This document shows positions 55,530 through 64,000 of a stretch of DNA of 64,000 bases, in pieces. A model generated the notes under the pieces. That model saw only the letters and a program-made list of their open reading frames with translations, was not told the DNA's origin and did not search any database. Positions within the stretch are counted from its first letter, which is position 1. The number at the start of each line of letters is the position of its first letter. Origin of the DNA: Eledone cirrhosa (taxonomy: Eukaryota); the NCBI GenBank assembly GCA_964016885.1, contig OZ024748.1, forward strand, positions 28,644,001 through 28,708,000, given 5' to 3'. A program made the position numbers and the translations under genes.

Positions 55530-57170
55530 TTGTTGCAAGAGAAATGGGGCCCAGTAGTCATTTGTGCACCAACTGGTATGGCTGCTTTCCAAATCAAGGG
55601 GACTACTTTGCACAGGCTCTTGAAACTCCCAGTCCAACATGGAAAGTCACCATCATATAGGGAATTAGAAAGTGATGAACTCAAAATTTTGCGATCCACT
55701 CTAGAGGGTGTCCGTCTGATAATTATCGATGAAATAAGTATGGTCAGTCATCTGATGTTGGCATTTATCCATAGGCGTCTAGATGAGATTTTTGGGGACC
55801 AGAGTCAAATGACCAGCCCTTTTGGAAAAATAAATATTCTGGTTTTTGGCGATCTACTTCAACTTCCACCAGTAAATGAAAAAACACTATTTTCCAGTAT
55901 TTCTGCATATGATGCTAAAAGGACTGGTCTGGGAATAAGTGGGCAGTCACTGTGGAAATTTTTCGACTATGATGAGCTCACTATAAACATGCGGCAAAAA
56001 AATGACAGTGAAAACTATTCTGAAATGTTGGGTCGAATAAGAATAGGATCACCTACAGACATGGACATCAAGACTTTGAGTGAACATTGCCTATTCCCAG
56101 ATCGCAGGGCAACAATGAGAGAGGCAACTGAGAAACTAATGCAACTTTGCACATTACCTAGTCAAAAACTTGTCTGTATTTTGCCTGTCAATGAATCTGT
56201 AGATGAATTCAACAAGGAAATGCTTAAGCATGCCAACATCAGTACAGTTGTAGTTTTTGCTGAGGACTCAGGAATGCGCCAGAAAGGTCGTAAAAAAAAG
56301 ACAAAGTCAAACAAATTTTCCAAACCCAAAAAGGCATCAGACACTGCTGAACTTGAGACTGAATTGCAAGTTGGAGTTGGGGCCAGAGTAATGCTGAGAC
56401 GAAACATTAATTTGGTGAAGGGGCTATGTAATGGCGTCATGGGAACAGTGCAAAGCATGGTCAATGGAAAAGATGGGAAAATGGGACAAATCATTGTGGA
56501 ATTTGATCACATGATAGGCAATGATATTTCAATAGAAAAGGTGACTGCAGACTATGAAATCTCTCCTGGTGTGTATGTGACACGAAAACAGTTCCCACTA
56601 AGCCTTGCCTATGCCATCACCATTCATAAATCACAGGGAATAAGTGTTGATGGGGTCATTGCTGATCTTGGTCCTCTGTTGTTCGCAGATGGAATGGCCT
56701 ATGTTGCACTTTCACGAGCTAGGAAACTCTGCAATGTCTATTTGATAGATTTTGACCCACGAACCCTGATCATGTGTGACAAATCTGCTTGGGAAGAGTA
56801 CAACAAATTGCGTTCTACAACAAAATTGCCTCCACTTGGACCATGTAGAAATAAACCACCATGCATGGCTTCTGAATCTTGCATGCCAAAAAAACGATCA
56901 TGGCGAATGTTGAATGTGGACAACCCTTCTGAATATGCTCCTCCTACCAAAAAACCTAAATTAGCTACAATTTCCATGCTCACTCTCATGATTAGACTAC
57001 AAAATAAGGAAAATGCCTGTTTTGCCAATTCCACACTTCAAGCTATTGCCCAATTGCCCAAACTTTGGGAAACTTTGTTGTCTACCAAATTACTCAGTCC
57101 AGTTGTTCAGGAAATAGCAAATATTGTCAATGATTCAAAAATTGAACTTGCCCAATCTTCACAACATTGA
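55530..57170 (+). CDS. PIF1-like helicase segment with C-terminal USP-like Cys box; Walker A lies in upstream frame 55303-55557
   Basis: SF1B helicase motifs; LQNKENACFANSTLQAI. Confidence 0.88.
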   Translation: MLQEKWGPVVICAPTGMAAFQIKGTTLHRLLKLPVQHGKSPSYRELESDELKILRSTLEGVRLIIIDEISMVSHLMLAFIHRRLDEIFGDQSQMTSPFGKINILVFGDLLQLPPVNEKTLFSSISAYDAKRTGLGISGQSLWKFFDYDELTINMRQKNDSENYSEMLGRIRIGSPTDMDIKTLSEHCLFPDRRATMREATEKLMQLCTLPSQKLVCILPVNESVDEFNKEMLKHANISTVVVFAEDSGMRQKGRKKKTKSNKFSKPKKASDTAELETELQVGVGARVMLRRNINLVKGLCNGVMGTVQSMVNGKDGKMGQIIVEFDHMIGNDISIEKVTADYEISPGVYVTRKQFPLSLAYAITIHKSQGISVDGVIADLGPLLFADGMAYVALSRARKLCNVYLIDFDPRTLIMCDKSAWEEYNKLRSTTKLPPLGPCRNKPPCMASESCMPKKRSWRMLNVDNPSEYAPPTKKPKLATISMLTLMIRLQNKENACFANSTLQAIAQLPKLWETLLSTKLLSPVVQEIANIVNDSKIELAQSSQH

Positions 57171-58001
57171 AAATTGGTCAAAATTTGACAAATCTGACTT
57201 CAAACCAGATATGATTCATTTGAACAATGTTGGAAATCTTAAATTGACACAAATTTTTGCCAATGTTTTTGCCTGCTGAGGTAATTACAAGGGGAGGTAA
57301 TTACGAGTCTCTCTCTATTATCTAATATATTTCAAATTGTATTTTTAACTAAATTCATTTATCATAGTCTAATATTTTTAAAATAGGTTAGTGCTCCACG
57401 ATGATGACCCATGTCCCCGCCATGTGGAGGGGATGCTTAGGAGCCATCCAGATATCATGTGACCATTTTTGGTTCGCGGTGTCCACATGATATCTGGATG
57501 GCCCTTTATACTAATTAGTCATTTATCTGCATAAAAATTATACCAGATCATTCTGATTATTGGCTTGAAATCTTTTACAAAATTAGTATGAGCAACTAAG
57601 AGGTCATCAATAGAATCAATAGAAATAGAATTACTTTTTGAAGTTTTCATGCACAGCATTTTGGGGGATTTTAAATAAAAGTTAATATCATAATTCTTAT
57701 TTTGTATACCCACATTGCAGATACAGAGAAACATGACAATCCCATATAAAGGTCGTAGACAGCAGTATCAGTTTTTATCCGTAACACCATTGAAATGCAC
57801 AAGTTTCACCAATTCCCTATTATGCACTAATCATCTCAAATGCATTCATGATTTACTAGCTTTGTCATTAAGCCAGTTACCTCAACTAGATTGCAATTAT
57901 ACTCAAAAGAACTTTAAAATGTCAATCACTTGTCAGTAATTCACTATGATCATTTAATTATTAGATAGTTGTTGCTTGCATTGCCTTAAAAAATAGTAGA
58001 C

Positions 58002-59023
58002 CAGATAGAAAAATGCGTACAGCAAAAAAAAGTAATATTGTTAGAATATAAACCTTTAAAAATACAGGACAAGAAACTAAAATAAAACTTTAAAAGAATA
58101 GGACAAGAAACTAAGATAAAACTTTAAAGAATTGGACAAGAAATAAAAAATTTTACAATAATATTAGTGGCAACATTTTTTTATTCGTTTCCTGTGCTAT
58201 GCCCCAGTATCTTCTTGATTAGTGCATAATAATTGTCCTGCTCTCATTGTGCGTTGCCCCTGAGCGGTTGGTTCTGGTTGGGGTTGGTTGGCTGAGCAGT
58301 TCTACTCCGTCAGAATGACAATTGCAAGAAGAATTGGCCGATGCAGCTGCAGGTCTCCTCCAAGAATGCACTTCTGGTCCCGCAACACCAGACGAAGATG
58401 GAGAAGACGACCGGGACAAGATGTCGACTCTGACCACCGACTACGGCACCTCCCTCAAAGACCGGTCCTCCCTCCCTCTGTCCCGTCATCCCTCCAGTCC
58501 TCCTGCTCCCCCTTCCTGTACCAGAAAGCTGTGGCACGCATTCATCTGGACTGCCGGACTTGAACTCAAGGACAAGATGCAAGGAGAAGATGGACGGGTT
58601 GGTCAAGATCAAGGATGAGCGGGACGACAAGACCGTCCGCTGCTGCTCAAGATATGTGCTCATGGGCCCATGGGTCCATTCACATTATGCATGACACATG
58701 AGGCGTGTCGCCGAATGATGAAATAGGGGTATGGTTATGGCCCAATTGGTGTTCAAACCAAGATCAAATGATCCCCCCTGTCTGACGACGACCTCTGAAT
58801 ATGGAACCCAGAGCCTATGAATGTGGAACTCGATTTTTTACCAATAAAAATTTTGCCACTAATATTATTGTAAAATTTTTTTTATTTCTTGTCCAATTCT
58901 TTAAAGTTTTATCTTAGTTTCTTGTCCTATTCTTTTAAAGTTTTATCTTAGTTTCTTGTCCTGTAATTTTAAAGGTTTATATTCCAACGATATTACTTTT
59001 TTTTTGCTGTACGCATTTTTCTA

Positions 59024-59027
<4 letters not shown>
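58002..59027. mobile_element. ~185-bp terminal inverted repeats around a GC-rich 650-bp core (MITE/foldback-like)
   Basis: 58002-58185 = rc of 58843-59027; arms contain ~33-bp subrepeats ggacaagaaactaagataaaactttaaa. Confidence 0.7.
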
Positions 59028-59060
<33 letters not shown>

Positions 59061-59098
59061 AGATATAACATCCCATATTAAGCCGTAGTTTCCAGCGA

Positions 59099-59250
<152 letters not shown>

Positions 59251-59324
59251 TTGCTGGAAACTACGGCTTAATATGGGATGTTTGTTTACAAACACACCGA
59301 GCATTATAATAAACGCGTGGCTGA

Positions 59325-59428
59325 GTGGTTAGAGAATTGGACTCGCAATCGTGAGTTTGTGAGTTCGATTCCTGGACCGGGCAATGCGTTATGTCCTTGA
59401 GTAAGGCACTTTATTTCATATTGCTCCT
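59325..59428 (+). mobile_element. tRNA-derived SINE of a second family (CORE-like central domain)
   Basis: A box tggctgagtgg, B box gttcgattcc, then gtccttgagtaaggcactt. Confidence 0.75.
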
Positions 59429-59992
59429 TCTAGCTGGAGTTGCGACCAATAGATAGTATTAGCAATTGGAAAGACCAATGGAAACATAATTTCCTCCGTC
59501 CGATTTTGCGAAGGTCGATCGTCTGTCGATATATATACAGAGAGAGAGAGAAAGAGGGAGAGGGAGAGGGTGGAGAGATAAGTTAGTTGTTAAATAAAAT
59601 ATATTATTATATAAGTATATGTATAGATAGATAGATAAATAGATAGATAGATGCAAAGAGATAGAAATAATGATAGGGTAAAAGTACGTGCGGGAAATAA
59701 TGATAGGGTGAAAGTACCGGAGGAACAGGAATATAATTTGGATTGTTTTAATCAAAGGGATCAGATTTGAGGTAATTACAGGCAATTTAAGTCGCATACA
59801 TTTTTGACAGGTTCACTGCCCTTCCACTGGCTCTCCGATGAGCTCCATACTCAAATGTCATGACCTGTCATGTATTGCTGACTCTCTAAAAGGTCATTGA
59901 CAAATTAACTTACCACTCCACAGTCATTAATCTTTGTTAATTTTTCTCAGTGCATATTTTCTTTATCGGCTGCTTCAGCTGCTCTGTGTGTA

Positions 59993-60043
<51 letters not shown>

Positions 60044-60120
60044 CTAGCCATCTACATACACACACATAAATAAACGCGCGCACACAAACACACAAATATA
60101 CACACACAATAATACACATT

Positions 60121-60200
<80 letters not shown>

Positions 60201-60374
60201 TGTTTGTAAATATATATACATAAAGGGAGTGATAGAAAGAGAGATTAAGGAGAATGGACTTGCAGTATATATACAAACTTTATTGGAATATTACGTAACA
60301 GCATTGAGTGCTTCGAATTGTGCGTTGCCTGTGACTGTAGTTACTTAACACACACACATACACATATATATATA

Positions 60375-60875
60375 TAAGTAAAAGAAATCCAAAATGCAAC
60401 TGGAGGCTTTTTAAGAATATTTATTTGTTTCCTTTACCGGTTTCACAGTTCTTATGCTTTTCAAAAATAGAATTGAGATGGAGAGTTTGTGGTTTTTCTC
60501 GCATCTGGTTGGTGTTCGAGTGTTACTTCTGTTTTATGTGGAAAAAAGTGGCTCGAATCTCTAGGTTGTTTAAAAGAATAATTTGGTTTGTTGATGACTG
60601 TCACGTGAATACGTATAATAAATTTCGCGCCAGTTCTTATTGTATTTGCCTTTTAAAAAAGTGGCTCAAAGTGTTGTTTTTTCATATATAACTGAAATTT
60701 GGTTGGTTGATGACTGTCACGTGAATAAGTACATCAACTTTCGCGGCAGTTCGCGTTTGAGGATTCTTTATTGTCATTTCCACTTTAAAAAGTGGCTCAA
60801 ATTGTTTTTTTATAAATGTAATTTCGTTGGTTATGACTGTCACGTGAATAAGTACATTAAATGTCGCGCCAGTTC

Positions 60876-60877
<2 letters not shown>
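60375..60877 (-). mobile_element. PLE 3' UTR remnant (family of 11826) with three ~120-bp internal subrepeats
   Basis: aaaagtggctc..gatgactgtcacgtgaat x3; U3-A8 hammerhead ~60431. Confidence 0.7.
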
Positions 60878-60914
<37 letters not shown>

Positions 60915-60915
<1 letters not shown>

Positions 60916-61160
60916 TATGAAAATAAGTTTTTGGCTTGTATTGGCCGATAGTGCTTCTTATAGCTTTAATTGCCCTGATGAGTCCTTAATAGGACGAAAC
61001 ATTGTTGGCTAATAAAGACTTTTGATGTATTGAAGGCTTCTTTGGTTTATTTTCATAATTCTTCGGCTCTGTTTAATTACATTGAGCTATACTTTTACTG
61101 TCATTTCTATAATACCAAGAGGGTGTTTAACTACAACACACTCTTGTATTTTAATTCTTA
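60915..61160 (+). mobile_element. PLE 3' end with hammerhead 60972-61009 (family of 20415-20620)
   Basis: gcc-CTGATGA-gtcc/ggac-GAAA-cattg-TT-ggc plus shared tail. Confidence 0.8.
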
Positions 61161-61379
61161 TATATATACATATATATATACGAAGGGGGCCCACCTACAT
61201 ATAGAATGCTATCATTTAATTTTTATAATGAATAAATAACATTTTCAATAAATAACATAAGTGGAAACAAAACAGTGCAATCACATTTTTGGGGGAAAAT
61301 ATCTTACCTTCTCCAATAAAAAATATTATGTATTTTGCGAAATCCAGAGTCTTTTACACTCACTCAATATATATATATA

Positions 61380-62150
61380 TATAAAGAATGAATAATAACA
61401 GGTAGACATCATAAAAAGGTAATTTATTCCGTGTGCTTACAAATGTTTCTACGGTGGTTATACAGCCTAGTTATGCTATGTGCAAATTTACAACTATTTG
61501 CAGAACTCAAATATCAAATGCTGTGACCACTGTATCATCAGAGCAGAATGGTTAAAATATACAATGTAAATAAATACCCTTAAGTGAGGTTATTGGAGAA
61601 GATAGAGTAGAAAAGGAAGAGAGAAAAGTAGGGGAGAGGGAGAGAGAAAGATATGCAGGGGTTGGAGAAATAGGAGAGAGTGGTTTGTAGATATCTTAAT
61701 CAAAATGTTATGGTAGGGGTTTTATTATACTGGTTACTCTTAGAGAGATGCGTTGATAGTCAAGGTTGGAATTATTTATTGCCCCAGAGGGCAGGTTCTT
61801 AGATGTGGAGAGGGAGGGAGGTAGGCCAAAGGCGAGAGAGAGAGAAGAATGGATATAGAGGGAGAGATAGAGAGGGGACAGACGAAAGCTATGGGGTGGG
61901 TGAACTTTGGGTTTGTAGTAGTAATCTGTGAATTGCACTAAGTTACCATTTATAGTGATAAGCAGTGTATTGTCTTGTAGTGTGGGGGAAGAGAAGGTGG
62001 TTAGTTAGAAAACGATGTTATAGTTACGGGTTCGAATGTTAAGTTATTTTATAGTGAGAGAATTTAGCTTTTAGTTTGTGGTTGCAGTATAATGATCGTT
62101 CGATTCTATCGTTAAGTAGTTTATTTTTGGATTTTAAGATGTAAAAGAGT
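61380..62150 (-). mobile_element. PLE 3' remnant (Hydra-type EN end) with hammerhead 61434-61545
   Basis: minus strand ~62060-62150 LFYILKSKNKLLNDRIERSLYCNH; tgct-CTGATGA-long stem II-GAAA-catttg-TA-agca. Confidence 0.75.
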
Positions 62151-62653
62151 TTAAGGTTACATAACCTACAGTACTTCAATCCACTCCGATATGCACTTGC
62201 GCTGGAAAGTATATCCCATTTTAAGGTGAACTGTTGGTTGCGTTCACGTTGGCGAGCGTAGTCACAAAACGGTGATCAGGATGTTTAATTGAGAATCGAT
62301 GACGGTACCAGCGAGACTTAAACGAGGTGGTGGTAGACCCGATGTAATACCAGTGTAGTAATTAACCATTACTGCATCTAGGATAATCCTATACCTAATA
62401 TACAGCCACTTGGCACGTAACGCCATAACATCTAAATATAAAAAGGCTAACCGTACGACCTACCACAACATCAATACAGAAGCCAAAGAAGCTGCATAAC
62501 AACAATATTCTAATTTTCTAATCAACTCGAACATATTTTATTCCGGAGATTCGCAGTTATATCCCTTACACCTTTCGCTTGGGTGAAGTGACCGTTTCTG
62601 CGCATGCGCGTTCATACGGTTGTTCTTCCTGTTCCGTATAACCATTACCAGTC

Positions 62654-62692
62654 CGAGCTGAAGATCGGCATAAGGTGAAACAATTGTTCTCG
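62654..62692 (+). ncRNA. Minimal type-I hammerhead
   Basis: cgag-CTGAAGA-tcggcataaggt-GAAA-caattg-TT-ctcg; palindromic stem III, weak stem II. Confidence 0.6.
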
Positions 62693-62784
62693 ATATGGTG
62701 AACTAACTGTTATGTTACTACTTCTACCAAACTCGTCCCATGGACTGAGTGCTCTACCACTACGGATATTACCTTCCAGTGTTC

Positions 62785-62902
<118 letters not shown>

Positions 62903-63514
62903 AACATATATGTTTTTGTGTCTGTGTCTATAGATGTACGTTTGCATGCATGAATGAATACGCTAAGCTTTAGATTTAGTAGAATGTACAACTACTGATT
63001 CCAGCTATTTGCACTATCGTATATTTTGGTTTCTAGTAATTCCCTGGGAAATTGGTTGACCAAATGCTTTGCTTAATTGTTTTATTTATTTTTTCTCATT
63101 TTATTCTTTCTCTTAGATTTCAGGTATTTTTTTAAAGCAAAGCATTGGCCCCTAAAATACTACAGTGGGCCCTGCAATGCTACTGTGGGCTCTTGCAATG
63201 CCACCGTGGGCCCCCTGGGGCCTACTTGCCATTGGACAACCTGGCAACCTGGCCAGTCCGCCACTATATAAATATGATATATATATATGTGTGTGTGAGC
63301 GCGTGTGTGCGTGCGCGTGTGTGTGTATGTATGTACGTGTATATACATATATATATATATACATATATATATACATATATACATGCATATATATTTGTGC
63401 ATAGCGATATTGATATATAATTATTATGCGTAACTATATCATGCCTCTACATACACCTCTACTATTAACATATCTATCTATATATATATATATGTGTGTG
63501 TATGTGTGTTCTCT

Positions 63515-64000
63515 TAATTTCGGGTACATTTTATCATCCTTTGAATCGCAAGAATGTTTTGCAAATTTTGAAGCTGCTAGATATCGTGGCCATTTGTAGT
63601 CTATACATTAGGGAGCTACGTTCTTTGTCCACAAATCCAAGTTCAGTTATTCTTTGGTTCAAACGGGTTGGTATATAACCTGTAGCTCCAATAATGATGG
63701 GTATGAAGCTGAAGGTGTATCTTGGATACTGGATCTGCAAATTCCTCATCAATGGTCCGTAGACATACTCCTTCTGTATTTTTCTTACAACGTTGACATC
63801 AAGTGGGCAGCTGATCTCGACAACAGAGCAGGTTTCCAATGTGTGTTCCCCAAACAACAATAGCAGGTGTTTTAATTTGGTGGCAGTTTTTATTTTGATG
63901 TTCCAGCAGTGCCATCTATCTCAAAATATTCCTCCTCATTTGTGTTTGATTTTTTTTAATGCGTCCCAGATGGTTCTAGCTATCACATCGTGTCTCATAG
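63515..64000 (-). pseudogene. R4/Dong-like LINE C-terminal restriction-like endonuclease region (runs off the window)
   Basis: RHDVIA, WNIK..TATKLK.P, VVEISCP, IPIIIGATG. Confidence 0.75.

Larger units (their letters stand above)
52164..57170 (+). mobile_element. Helitron (Helentron/Helitron2-like) Rep/PIF1 helicase gene broken by frameshifts
   Basis: CxxC N-terminus; HUH Rep FITLS, EYQQRGAPHIH, YVTCYQTKAE; helicase GVGGTGKS, IIDEISM, FGDLLQLPPV, QFPL..AITIHKSQG, YVALSR; termini not identified. Confidence 0.92.

Noticed and set aside
55530-57170. Host PIF1 helicase gene
   Set aside because: Intronless, frameshifted and directly downstream of a HUH Rep domain, so it is the Helitron transposase.
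59325-59385. tRNA gene
   Set aside because: A and B boxes are present but the cloverleaf is imperfect and it runs into a SINE body.

Overview
Eukaryotic, AT-rich, gene-free repeat region. The dense (TA)n/(CA)n tracts and the tRNA-derived SINE resemble octopus/cephalopod DNA (inference). No host gene was recognised, and most short ORFs are microsatellite artefacts. Coding remnants are transposon-derived: a young Penelope-like element (PLE; ORF1 plus RT/GIY-YIG) with a 2.4-kb inverted copy of its 3' end; several other PLE fragments of two endonuclease types; a frameshifted Helitron Rep/Hel with a C-terminal USP-like Cys box; two short non-autonomous Helitrons; and CRE, Tx1, CR1, RTE and R4/Dong LINE fragments. 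The hidden layer is non-coding. About 25 type-I hammerhead ribozyme (HHR) motifs, intact or degenerate, lie in small cassettes inserted in (TA)n tracts, often as inverted pairs. Three HHR cassettes of about 480-590 nt are non-coding and circularly permuted or terminally redundant (retrozyme-like). Two unrelated HHR groups carry a covariant U3-A8 core. The large PLE has an in-phase T TTT TTA slippery site predicted to fuse ORF1 to the RT by -1 frameshifting. All structures were folded and aligned by eye and are untested.
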